A DNA stretch of 14,457 nt from Chitinophagaceae bacterium (lineage in GTDB: Bacteria > Bacteroidota > Bacteroidia > Chitinophagales > Chitinophagaceae). The notes under the pieces were generated by a model, which saw nothing but the letters and a program-made list of their open reading frames with translations, did no database searches and had not been told where the DNA came from. Below, in pieces: positions 1-8,233 of the stretch; within the stretch, counting starts at the first letter, position 1, and every line of letters begins with the position of its first letter. The DNA is taken from positions 1,485 through 15,941 of the forward strand of contig DALYLQ010000006.1 in the NCBI GenBank assembly GCA_031976225.1. Reading direction: 5' to 3'. Made by a program: the position numbers and the translations under genes.

Positions 1-615
1 AACTTAGCCATATTGGTACAACCTTTTTTACCCAACACTGCCCGCAAAATGTTGTATATGATGAAGGTAGTTGAGCGTATGCTAGCTTGGGAAAATGCAG
101 GCAGCTTAAAATTGTTAAGCGTGGGGTATAGCCTTCGTGCACCAGAGTTATTATTTAGAAAAATTGAAGATGCTGAGATAGAACATCAAGTAGCAAAACT
201 AAAAGCAGGATTAGCTAAAGCCATGGAACAAAACAACAGCAGTAGTAGCACCAACCAAGCCACAGCACCAAGTTTTACAGCCGTAAAAACTGAAATTCAA
301 TTCGATGACTTTGCCAAAATAGATATTAGAATTGGTACTATCATAAGTGCCGAAAAAGTGCAAAAAGCCGATAAACTGCTCAAGCTAGAAGTAGATTTAG
401 GTTTTGAAACCCGCACTATTGTATCGGGTATTGCCATGCACTTTACACCCGAAGCTATTGTAGGCCAGCAAGTAAGCGTGGTAGCGAATTTGGCGCCCCG
501 CAAGATGCGTGGTATTGAAAGCCAAGGCATGATTCTAATGGCCGAAGATGCTAATGGCAAGTTGCACTTTGTGCACCCAACGGAAGCTATTAATGCCGGC
601 GCAGGGGTCAGTTAA
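1..615 (+). CDS. metG: Methionyl-tRNA synthetase, C-terminal part (5'-truncated by the window edge). It contains the anticodon-binding region, a Ser/Asn-rich linker and a C-terminal Trbp111/EMAP-like tRNA-binding domain.
   Basis: The frame-1 ORF is open from base 1 and the track ORF 13..615 is its in-frame continuation. The C-terminal block [57 protein letters not shown] is the typical MetRS C-terminal tRNA-binding domain. The upstream part PFLPNTARK...LLFRKIED matches the MetRS anticodon-binding end. Confidence 0.85.
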   Translation, partial: NLAILVQPFLPNTARKMLYMMKVVERMLAWENAGSLKLLSVGYSLRAPELLFRKIEDAEIEHQVAKLKAGLAKAMEQNNSSSSTNQATAPSFTAVKTEIQFDDFAKIDIRIGTIISAEKVQKADKLLKLEVDLGFETRTIVSGIAMHFTPEAIVGQQVSVVANLAPRKMRGIESQGMILMAEDANGKLHFVHPTEAINAGAGVS

Positions 616-624
616 ATGTTGTAA

Positions 625-640
625 CGCCTTACGGCAAATG
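625..640 (-). repeat. Copy 1 of the recurrent motif (G-variant, reverse orientation): CGCCTTACGGCAAATG, which is the reverse complement of CATTTGCCGTAAGGCG.
   Basis: Read directly from the sequence. It forms an inverted pair with copy 2 at 721-736, with one mismatch over 14 nt. Confidence 0.6.
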
Positions 641-661
641 AATACGCAATTCGCAAGCATC

Positions 662-690
662 AATCACTCCTTAGGGAGTGATTTTTTATT
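662..690 (+). terminator. Rho-independent terminator of metG.
   Basis: Stem AATCACTCC (662-670), loop TTAG, stem GGAGTGATT (675-683), followed by TTTTATT. It lies 47 nt after the metG stop. Confidence 0.75.
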
Positions 691-720
691 CGATGCAAGT
701 AATGGCTACCCTCGAAACCA

Positions 721-736
721 CATTTACCGTAAGGTA
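721..736 (+). repeat. Copy 2 of the recurrent motif: CATTTACCGTAAGGTA.
   Basis: Exact 16-mer, identical (as reverse complement) to copy 5 at 7152-7167. It lies 77 nt upstream of the 813 start codon. Confidence 0.65.
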
Positions 737-812
737 AAAGAAAGCGTTAAAATAGTTAGCTATGCAACTAATTTTCCCTTAGTTTTGAAACCACTAAAAT
801 GCTTTTTACCAT

Positions 813-3209
813 ATGAAACGTTCTATCAAAAACGTAGCAGTGTTGGGTTCGGGCGTAATGGGTAGCCGTATTGCCTGCCATTTTGCTGGCATTGGCGTGC
901 AGGTGTTGTTGCTCGATATTCAGCCAAAAGACACACCCGCCGATGCACCGGCAGCCATAAAGAACAAGATTGTGAACGATGCGCTGGCCGCAGCCGTGAA
1001 AAGCAACCCTAGTCCGGTGTATACCAAAGATGTTGTTAAGCGCATTACAACCGGCAACTTCACTGATAATATGAAAGACGTTGCAAAAGCCGATTGGATT
1101 ATCGAAGTAGTGGTTGAGCGTCTTGATATTAAGCAACAGGTATATGAACAAGTAGAAAAGTATCGTAAGCCTGGTACACTAATAACATCGAATACATCGG
1201 GTATACCGATACATTTATTATCGCAAGGCCGTAGCGACGATTTTAAAAAGCATTTCTGCGGCACACACTTTTTTAATCCGCCGCGTTACTTACGGTTACT
1301 AGAAATTATTCCTACCCCTGATACCGATAGCACTGTTGTAGATTTTCTAATGCATTATGGCGATGTATTTTTAGGCAAAACCACGGTTTTAGCGAAAGAC
1401 ACACCTGCCTTTATTGCGAACCGTATTGGCGTATTCGGCATCATGGCCATTTTCAATAGCATGGAGAAAATGGGCCTTACCATTGACGAGGTTGATGCAC
1501 TAACCGGCCCGTTGATTGGCAGACCTAAGAGCGCCACCTTCCGTACAGCCGATGTAGTGGGTATTGATACATTAGTGAAAGTAGCTAAAGGTGTTGCCGA
1601 TAATTGTCCGAACGATGAAGCTCGCAACATTTTCACCATCCCTTCATGGTTAGAAACCTTAGTTAACAACAACTGGTTGGGCGACAAGAGCGGACAAGGT
1701 TTCTTTAAAAAAGTAAAAACACCAGAAGGGAAAAAAGATATTCAAACGCTGAATCTTAGCACACTTAGCTATGAGCCGCGTAAGAAACCAAAATTTGCAA
1801 CGGTAGAAACTGCCAAACCTATTGACAACTTGCATAAGCGCTTAAAAGCCTTAGTAAGTGGTACTGATAAAGCGGCTGAATTTTTGCGCCACTTTCATTA
1901 TGCATTGTTCTCTTATATCTCTTTCCGTATTCCAGAAATCAGTGATGAACTATATCGTGTAGATGATGCCATGATGGCTGGTTTTGGTTGGGAAATTGGT
2001 GCTTTCGAAAGTTGGGATACACTTGGTGTTGCCAACACTGTTGACGCTATGAAAAAAGCAGGCTACCAGGTGGCTCCTTGGGTTGAAACCATGTTAGCGG
2101 CTGGCCATACTAGCTTTTACAAGGTACAACAGGGCAAAAAACTGTATTACCAACAGCATGCAATGAATGAAAGCGAAGCCGGTAACTACAAAGCACTACC
2201 TGGAGGTGATGCCTTTATTGTATTGAACAACTATAAAGACAAGCTAGTTTGGAAAAACAGTAACGCTGCTTTATACGATATTGGCGATGATGTAGTTGGC
2301 CTACAATGGAATACTAAAATGAACAGTATTGGCAGCGAAGTATTAGAAGCTGTTAATAAAAGCATCAATATTGCAGAAGAGCAATTCAAAGGACTTGTTA
2401 TTGCCAACGACGGTGCCAACTTTAGTGCTGGTGCTAACGTGGGAATGATATTTATGTTCGCTATTGAACAAGAGTACGATGAACTTGATATGGCTATTCG
2501 CATGTTCCAGAACACAATGATGCGTTGCCGTTATTCATCTGTACCAGTGGTAGTTGCTCCACACGGGTTAACATTAGGTGGTGGTTGCGAAATGAACTTA
2601 CATGCTGATAAAGTAGTTGCCGCTGCAGAAACCTATATCGGCCTGGTTGAATTAGGTGTTGGCTTAATTCCTGGCGGTGGTGGCACTAAAGAATTTGTAT
2701 TGCGTGCTGCCGATGAAATGCATGAAGACGAGCCTGAAACAATTACACTCAAACATCGCTTCTTTAACATTGCTACGGCAAAAGTAGCCACTAGTGGCTT
2801 TGAAGCTTTTGAAGCAGGTATCTTACGTAAAGGAATTGATGAAGTAGTTGTGAACCAAGGCCGCCGTATTGCCGTAGCGAAACAAGCCATTTTAGATATG
2901 CATGCCAAAGGTTATGCACAACCGCAGCAGCGTAAAGATGTTAAAGTATTAGGCCGTAGTGCTTTGGGAGCATTACATGCAGGCATTAATGGTATGTGGC
3001 GTGCCAATTATGCTACAGAACACGATGCGTTGGTAGCTCGCAAGCTTGCTTATGTAATGTGTGGTGGCGATTTGAGTGAGCCTACTTTTGTTTCAGAGCA
3101 ATACTTACTTGACTTAGAACGTGAGGCTTTCTTGAGTTTGTGTGGCGAACGCAAAACACTAGAACGTATTCAAGGTGTATTAACTACAGGTAAGCCATTG
3201 CGTAACTAA
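813..3209 (+). CDS. Bifunctional fatty-acid oxidation protein of 798 aa: 3-hydroxyacyl-CoA dehydrogenase (N-terminal NAD-binding Rossmann domain) fused to a C-terminal enoyl-CoA hydratase/isomerase (crotonase) domain.
   Basis: N-terminus VAVLGSGVMGSRIA (GxGxxG NAD-binding fingerprint) plus the HCDH core (FFNPPRYLRLLEII, ANRIG). The C-terminal half has a crotonase fold (ANDGANFSAGANV..., LTLGGGCEM, GLIPGGGGT). The HCDH-then-ECH order is the arrangement seen in Bacteroidetes FadB-like proteins, which is reversed relative to E. coli FadB. Confidence 0.9.
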   Translation: MKRSIKNVAVLGSGVMGSRIACHFAGIGVQVLLLDIQPKDTPADAPAAIKNKIVNDALAAAVKSNPSPVYTKDVVKRITTGNFTDNMKDVAKADWIIEVVVERLDIKQQVYEQVEKYRKPGTLITSNTSGIPIHLLSQGRSDDFKKHFCGTHFFNPPRYLRLLEIIPTPDTDSTVVDFLMHYGDVFLGKTTVLAKDTPAFIANRIGVFGIMAIFNSMEKMGLTIDEVDALTGPLIGRPKSATFRTADVVGIDTLVKVAKGVADNCPNDEARNIFTIPSWLETLVNNNWLGDKSGQGFFKKVKTPEGKKDIQTLNLSTLSYEPRKKPKFATVETAKPIDNLHKRLKALVSGTDKAAEFLRHFHYALFSYISFRIPEISDELYRVDDAMMAGFGWEIGAFESWDTLGVANTVDAMKKAGYQVAPWVETMLAAGHTSFYKVQQGKKLYYQQHAMNESEAGNYKALPGGDAFIVLNNYKDKLVWKNSNAALYDIGDDVVGLQWNTKMNSIGSEVLEAVNKSINIAEEQFKGLVIANDGANFSAGANVGMIFMFAIEQEYDELDMAIRMFQNTMMRCRYSSVPVVVAPHGLTLGGGCEMNLHADKVVAAAETYIGLVELGVGLIPGGGGTKEFVLRAADEMHEDEPETITLKHRFFNIATAKVATSGFEAFEAGILRKGIDEVVVNQGRRIAVAKQAILDMHAKGYAQPQQRKDVKVLGRSALGALHAGINGMWRANYATEHDALVARKLAYVMCGGDLSEPTFVSEQYLLDLEREAFLSLCGERKTLERIQGVLTTGKPLRN

Positions 3210-3222
3210 GCCTCGATGCTTT

Positions 3223-3237
3223 ATTTACCGTAAGGTA
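3223..3237 (+). repeat. Copy 3 of the recurrent motif: ATTTACCGTAAGGTA.
   Basis: Lies between the 3209 stop and the terminator stem. The same extended 17-mer TATTTACCGTAAGGTAT occurs at 11114-11130. Confidence 0.6.
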
Positions 3238-3250
3238 TACTTTTATAAAA

Positions 3251-3281
3251 AAAGCAGCTTCAATGTAGAAGCTGCTTTTTT
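3251..3281. terminator. Bidirectional rho-independent terminator shared by the convergent genes 813..3209 (+) and 3302..3733 (-).
   Basis: Perfect 11-bp stem AAAGCAGCTTC (3251-3261) and GAAGCTGCTTT (3268-3278) with loop AATGTA. It is flanked by an A-tract upstream and TTTTTT downstream, so it works on either strand. Confidence 0.8.
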
Positions 3282-3301
3282 GGTGTTATAGGTAATATGT
3301 T

Positions 3302-3733
3302 TTACACAGTAATAGCAACGGTATTTTGCAAAGTTTGTAGGGTACTGTTACCACCAATTCTAAGAATGGTACCATTGGTGTTGTATTCAATGGTGTAATC
3401 AACCAATAGCTGATCACCATTATTCACGTTAGGAATACGTATATTCTTTAATAATGCGGCACTGCTTTGCTGTGGGAACTCATTGAGCTGCATAGGAGCA
3501 ATTTCTGTTTGATACACCGGTGTTACTACGCGGCCATCTACTTTGCTTACCGCTACAATTACTTTAGCATAAGCTTGTGTGTAGATAGGTGCCGTATAAT
3601 TTTTATTAGCGTAAATAGCGAGTTGAATGTTCTGTTCTTTCACATCGCTACAAGTTTGCTGCTCTTGATGTGGTACTAATAAAAGCCCTGTAGTAAAAAG
3701 GCTGGCGAGTAAAGTGATCCAAAAAGTTTTCAT
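3302..3733 (-). CDS. Hypothetical small exported protein of 143 aa with an N-terminal signal peptide.
   Basis: The track ORF is 3302..3772, but the start is more plausibly the internal Met at 3733 (MKTFWITLLASLFTTGLLLV, a classic signal peptide). It lies downstream of the histidine kinase on the same strand and I see no recognisable catalytic motifs. Confidence 0.55.
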   Translation of the reverse strand: MKTFWITLLASLFTTGLLLVPHQEQQTCSDVKEQNIQLAIYANKNYTAPIYTQAYAKVIVAVSKVDGRVVTPVYQTEIAPMQLNEFPQQSSAALLKNIRIPNVNNGDQLLVDYTIEYNTNGTILRIGGNSTLQTLQNTVAITV

Positions 3734-3872
3734 AACAATATGTTGTTGCGTTGGGTTGATATTTTTTGACACTGCAAAGCAACATACATACTGCGTTAAA
3801 GAAATTTAAAGGGCTGATGAAGGCATAGGTAGGCGGATGTATGGTAAGCCTATTTGGATAAGTGGTAAAAGC

Positions 3873-5315
3873 TTATGCCCCTGGAAACTGTACTGTAAAG
3901 GCATTACCATGAGCATCGTTACTTTCGTAATGAAGATGGCCACCCATTTTTTCAGTTAATTGTCGGGCAATACTAAGCCCCAAACCTTTTACCTCTGTCA
4001 AATCGCGATCGCCTGTGGCAGCCTGTTGTAATCGGTTAAAAATTTCATCGAGTTTAGCTTGACCAATTAAATTTCCGGTGGTTTTGCAAGTAATCACAAC
4101 ATCGGTACCAACCACACCCGATACAATTTTAACAGTACTACCAACATCTGATAAGCGTATTACGTTGCTCAACAGCTTGTACATAAGTTGATAAGTTACT
4201 TGCTCATCTAAGTACACAGGTAGTATACCAGGTTGTAATTGAAGTTGCAATTGTACCTGATGCACCATAGCCACCTGCTTTAGATTGGCTGCTGCTTCCG
4301 ATACAATTCTATTGATATCAAATTCGGCGTAATGAAACGAATTGCGTTGTTGGTCATCCATGTTAGCTTTTGCCATCTTTTTTGCGAAAAAAGCAAAGCG
4401 TTCATTCGCTTTTTCAATCAACGCCACCACTTGCTGTTGTTGCGGTGTTAAATGATCATCTTTTAATAAATCAACCCCACTTTGAATGCTGGTATTAAAA
4501 CCATTTAAATCGTGTAACAACATTTGTAACGTAGTGTTACGTGTTTCAGAAACTTTATCTAAATGTCGCTGAATAGATGCAGCTCTAACCTTAACATCCA
4601 TTAATAATTCTTGCAGCTCAGAAAGCATACTGTTACTTGCTTCTATAATTTCATTCTTATGAATATCGTGTAATAATTTGCGGCGTTGGCTATAACTAAA
4701 TGCAGTTGCTAGTATACCAAGAATAATCAACCATCCGTAGTAATACGATTCAAAAAGTGATTGTGCCGATGCTGCACCTTGCCACCAAAAGCAACTCAAA
4801 TAGGTAAGCGACCATGCGAGTAAGGTTAGCACTAATGTATAACGGGTACGCCAGCTACTACTCCAAGCAATTCCTAACAACAATAAGCCCGTGCATGTAA
4901 TTTGTATAGGTAATGCCCTTACGGGTAAAAAAGCAGTTTGCAACGATTGCACCATCACCAATATAAGCGATACTAAAAAGCTACTAATAAATACTGTTTT
5001 TAGGTTAGCAGTTTTTACAGCAACAATGCTTACAACTGCAAGAATACTCATGAGTACTACTTCAATCAGCCATTGCTGCTGCATCCATAGTAAGTTCAGT
5101 ATCAAAAGAATAGGCAATGCCGATACCAATCGAGCCAATAAACGCCTTGCATGTAGCCGTTGAAAACGTATTAATGAATTATGAATATCTTCTTGATTAG
5201 CTTGTGCTAAAGCAAGAGGAATTGGAGTTAACATACTGCTCATAAAAATCAATAAGGGTTGCTGAATGAAGTTAGCACTTTGAATCCATATAGTCAGACT
5301 ACCGCTAATAATCAT
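3873..5315 (-). CDS. Membrane-bound sensor histidine kinase of 480 aa. It has an N-terminal polytopic sensor with about six TM helices, then a HisKA dimerisation/phosphoacceptor domain and a HATPase_c domain. No receiver domain is present.
   Basis: About six hydrophobic segments in residues 1-210. H-box LLHDLNGF (HDLxxP/G type). N-box LLSNVIRLS. G-boxes EVKGLGLSIARQL...GGHL. C-terminus ends FTVQFPGA. The N-terminal start codon choice is uncertain. Confidence 0.85.
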   Translation of the reverse strand: MIISGSLTIWIQSANFIQQPLLIFMSSMLTPIPLALAQANQEDIHNSLIRFQRLHARRLLARLVSALPILLILNLLWMQQQWLIEVVLMSILAVVSIVAVKTANLKTVFISSFLVSLILVMVQSLQTAFLPVRALPIQITCTGLLLLGIAWSSSWRTRYTLVLTLLAWSLTYLSCFWWQGAASAQSLFESYYYGWLIILGILATAFSYSQRRKLLHDIHKNEIIEASNSMLSELQELLMDVKVRAASIQRHLDKVSETRNTTLQMLLHDLNGFNTSIQSGVDLLKDDHLTPQQQQVVALIEKANERFAFFAKKMAKANMDDQQRNSFHYAEFDINRIVSEAAANLKQVAMVHQVQLQLQLQPGILPVYLDEQVTYQLMYKLLSNVIRLSDVGSTVKIVSGVVGTDVVITCKTTGNLIGQAKLDEIFNRLQQAATGDRDLTEVKGLGLSIARQLTEKMGGHLHYESNDAHGNAFTVQFPGA

Positions 5316-5335
5316 TTCTCAACGGTGTACCTTTT

Positions 5336-5349
5336 TTTACCGTAAGGTA
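5336..5349 (+). repeat. Copy 4 of the recurrent motif: TTTACCGTAAGGTA.
   Basis: Lies in the 77-bp divergent intergenic region between the histidine kinase start at 5315 (-) and the ABC start at 5393 (+). It is identical (as reverse complement) to the intragenic copy at 8976-8989. Confidence 0.6.
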
Positions 5350-5392
5350 TCATTCAAAAACAATAATTATGTGACCGTAACTTTTATTACAC

Positions 5393-6304
5393 ATGAGTAT
5401 TGTATTATCACTACATCAACTATCTAAAAACTACGGCAAGGTACAAGCCTTACAACAAGTAAGTTTCGATGTACCTCAAGGCTGTGTTTTTGGTATTTTA
5501 GGACCTAACGGTAGCGGCAAAACCACGCTTTTAGGTATTATTATGAACGTGCTGCAACCCACCAATGGCAACTTCACACTTTTAGGGAAACAACCATCGA
5601 ACGAAGTGCGCAAGCAAATTGGCACACTGTTAGAAACACCTAACTTTTATCATTATTTGAGTGGTGAACGTAATTTAGAAATAGCAGCCACCATTAAAGG
5701 TGTATCTAAAGCCGATATTACTACAGTACTAGAGAAAGTAAATTTATATGAACGTAGGCAAAGTAAATTTAGCACCTATAGTTTAGGCATGAAACAACGC
5801 CTAGCCATTGCGAGTGCATTACTTGGCAACCCCGATGTACTAGTACTAGACGAGCCTACCAATGGCCTCGACCCTGTTGGTATTGCAGAAATTCGCAACC
5901 TTATTATTCAACTAGCGAACGAGGGTAAAACCATTATTATGGCTAGCCACCTACTCGATGAAGTTGAAAAAGTATGTACCCATGTAGCGGTATTGCAAAA
6001 AGGAAAACTTCTCAATACAGGAACTGTTGACGAAGTATTTACCACAGGCGATAGCATTGCTACACTTCAAGCCGATGATTTAGACCAATTAGTAACTGTT
6101 ATCAAAACATTAGAAGGTGTTCAAAAAATACAAATCAAGAACAACACTTTACAGGTGCATTTCGATACAGCAATACTCTCTTTAAAAAGCATCAACTTAC
6201 ATTGCTTCAATAATGGTATTGTACTCAGTAGCTTACAGCTACAAAAACAAAGTTTAGAAAGCAAATTTTTAGCACTTACAGGTGGCCTTACGGTTAATCA
6301 TTAA
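5393..6304 (+). CDS. ABC transporter ATP-binding protein of ABC-2 / drug-efflux type, 303 aa, with a roughly 80-aa C-terminal extension.
   Basis: Walker A GPNGSGKTT, Q-loop, signature YSLGMKQRLAIASAL, Walker B VLVLDEPTNGLD, H-loop ASHLL. Confidence 0.9.
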   Translation: MSIVLSLHQLSKNYGKVQALQQVSFDVPQGCVFGILGPNGSGKTTLLGIIMNVLQPTNGNFTLLGKQPSNEVRKQIGTLLETPNFYHYLSGERNLEIAATIKGVSKADITTVLEKVNLYERRQSKFSTYSLGMKQRLAIASALLGNPDVLVLDEPTNGLDPVGIAEIRNLIIQLANEGKTIIMASHLLDEVEKVCTHVAVLQKGKLLNTGTVDEVFTTGDSIATLQADDLDQLVTVIKTLEGVQKIQIKNNTLQVHFDTAILSLKSINLHCFNNGIVLSSLQLQKQSLESKFLALTGGLTVNH

Positions 6305-6315
6305 TCAATAACAAC

Positions 6316-7107
6316 ATGTTACATTTACTTTACATAGAGTGGCTTAAACTCAAAAACTATCGTACCTTCTGGATTCTTGCGGCCTTATATTTAATCAGCA
6401 TATCAGGCATCAACTATATCACACTAGAATTCATCAAAAAAGCCTACGAAAACCCAGCCGCCAAACTTATTGCCGGAACGCATCCCTTCGCATTCCCCGA
6501 TGTATGGCAAACTGTAACTTACATGAGTAGCTTCACGCTGTTCTTACCGGGCTTACTCATTATTATCAACTACACTAATGAGTTTAGTTACAAAACACAT
6601 CGTCAAAACATCATTGATGGATATAGCCGCCAACAATACATTTCAATCAAAATCATACTTGTATTGTTGCTTGCCCTAATCAGTACACTGCTGGTAACAA
6701 TTAATGCGGCAGCTTTCGGCATAGCACATAACGAAACACCTTTCTCCTTTGAGAAAGCACATTATATCGGCTTGTATTTCGTTCAATGCTTAAACTATTT
6801 CGGGTTGGCACTATTACTCAGCGTACTCTTTAAAAGAGCAGCATTAGCAGTAGGCGTGTACTTTATATATATTGCTATTTTAGAAGATATGATTGGTGGT
6901 ATTATCAACCGATTTAAAGCACCTATAGGTAACTTCTTCCCTATTGATAGCGCCGATAGCCTTATTACCTTTCCTATGTTTAAAGAAGCACAAAAAACAT
7001 TACCCATTGTACGACCAGAATTATGGCAAGTAGCTATTGCATGCGGTATTTACATTGTACTTTATTACACTATCAGCTATTGGCGATTTAGCAAACAAGA
7101 TTTATAA
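6316..7107 (+). CDS. ABC-2 family transporter permease, 263 aa with about six TM segments.
   Basis: Starts 12 nt after the ATPase stop, indicating an operon. It has hydrophobic helices throughout. The size and topology are typical of ABC-2 permeases paired with the preceding ATPase. Confidence 0.75.
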   Translation: MLHLLYIEWLKLKNYRTFWILAALYLISISGINYITLEFIKKAYENPAAKLIAGTHPFAFPDVWQTVTYMSSFTLFLPGLLIIINYTNEFSYKTHRQNIIDGYSRQQYISIKIILVLLLALISTLLVTINAAAFGIAHNETPFSFEKAHYIGLYFVQCLNYFGLALLLSVLFKRAALAVGVYFIYIAILEDMIGGIINRFKAPIGNFFPIDSADSLITFPMFKEAQKTLPIVRPELWQVAIACGIYIVLYYTISYWRFSKQDL

Positions 7108-7118
7108 ACAAGCACCAT

Positions 7119-7146
7119 AACCAACCTTCGGGTTGGTTTTTTATTG
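7119..7146 (+). terminator. Rho-independent terminator after the ABC operon.
   Basis: Stem AACCAACC (7119-7126), loop TTCG, stem GGTTGGTT (7131-7138), then TTTTTATT. Confidence 0.8.
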
Positions 7147-7151
7147 TACAC

Positions 7152-7167
7152 TACCTTACGGTAAATG
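7152..7167 (-). repeat. Copy 5 of the recurrent motif, reverse orientation: TACCTTACGGTAAATG, the reverse complement of CATTTACCGTAAGGTA.
   Basis: Exact 16-mer match to copy 2. It sits immediately after the terminator and 38 nt upstream of the 7205 start. Confidence 0.65.
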
Positions 7168-7204
7168 ATGAAGCATAAATTTACCCTTCTATCGTAATAG
7201 CCTC

Positions 7205-8233
7205 ATGCAACGAAAAACCTTTTTACTACAATCGGCAGCAGCACTTGGCGGTGCTTTATTATACTCCAATCAAGCTTTTACCGCAAGGAAAAAGCCAAAG
7301 AAAATCATACAACCACCTTTTTTAAAAACGGGTGATACTATTGGCATTGTAGCACCCTCTGGCTATGTTACTGAAGCTACGGTTAAGGCTGCTATAGAAC
7401 GCATTCAAGCATGGGGTTTTAACGTTGCGCTAGGTAACACCATTGGCCAACGTTGGGGCACTTTTGCCGACACCGACGAAGCCCGTGCAGCCGATGTGCA
7501 AACCATGATTAACAATAGAAACATTAAAGCTATTCTTTGTGCTCGTGGTGGCTACGGATGGACAAGAATCATGCACCGCATTAATTGGAAATTGCTACAA
7601 CAACAACCCAAGTGGATGATTGGCTTTAGCGATGCAACAGTAGCTCATAGTTACATCAACACGCATCTACACATAGCGAGTATTCACAGTAAAATGTGCA
7701 ATAGCTTCCCCGACGATTGGGCAACCGCAACACCCGAACAACAAGCTACTATTAACAGCATTGAACAAGCTATTACCGGCAAGCCACTTCGCTATAACCT
7801 GCCAACAGATACCAACAATCAATTAGGTACTGTAACAGCTCCAATTATCGGTGGCAACTTGCGTTGTATCGAAAACCTTGCAGGAACACCCTATGCACTT
7901 CAAACAGCAGGAAAAATACTTGTTCTTGAAGATGTTGAAGAACCGCGTTACAATATAGACCGTATGTTTTGGAACCTCTATCATAGCGGTGTACTAGCTT
8001 CATTAAAAGGACTTATTATTGGCGGATTCAGAGAAAAAGCAGCCACCGACCCTAACGATGAGTTTGGTTTAACACTTCCCCAAATTGTACTCGAAAAAGT
8101 ACAAGCATATAACTACCCTGTTGCATTTCAAATGCCAATTGGGCATCAACGAAATAACTTTGCCATCAAACTAGGTGTTACACATCAATTAAACGTGAAT
8201 GCCGAATATTGCAGTTTAGAAGCACTTGCGTAA
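7205..8233 (+). CDS. LD-carboxypeptidase (peptidase S66, LdcA/MccF family) of 342 aa with an N-terminal export signal.
   Basis: S66 hallmarks: GDTIGIVAPSG, IKAILCARGGYG, the nucleophile motif GFSDAT, and a C-terminal region with His and Glu. The N-terminus MQRKTFLLQSAAALGGALLYSNQAFTA looks like a Tat-like signal with RK in place of RR, or a Sec signal. Confidence 0.8.
   Translation: MQRKTFLLQSAAALGGALLYSNQAFTARKKPKKIIQPPFLKTGDTIGIVAPSGYVTEATVKAAIERIQAWGFNVALGNTIGQRWGTFADTDEARAADVQTMINNRNIKAILCARGGYGWTRIMHRINWKLLQQQPKWMIGFSDATVAHSYINTHLHIASIHSKMCNSFPDDWATATPEQQATINSIEQAITGKPLRYNLPTDTNNQLGTVTAPIIGGNLRCIENLAGTPYALQTAGKILVLEDVEEPRYNIDRMFWNLYHSGVLASLKGLIIGGFREKAATDPNDEFGLTLPQIVLEKVQAYNYPVAFQMPIGHQRNNFAIKLGVTHQLNVNAEYCSLEALA

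Noticed and set aside
297-3209. Antisense and overlapping ORFs inside metG and the FadB-like gene: 297..560 (-), 548..865 (+), 768..1151 (-), 920..1264 (-), 1355..1687 (-), 2231..2515 (-), 2633..2908 (-).
   Set aside because: All lie within or opposite strongly supported coding regions. None has a recognisable motif and the peptides are low-complexity, so they are shadow ORFs.
3734-3772. N-terminal extension of the exported-protein ORF, MSKNINPTQQHIV before MKTFW.
   Set aside because: The internal Met at 3733 begins a canonical signal peptide. The 13-aa extension would bury it, so I chose the shorter start.
5393-7107. Calling the ABC pair gliding-motility GldA/GldF.
   Set aside because: The size and ABC-2 topology are compatible, but no gldG-like gene follows and I see no specific sequence signature. 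I kept the generic ABC-2 annotation.
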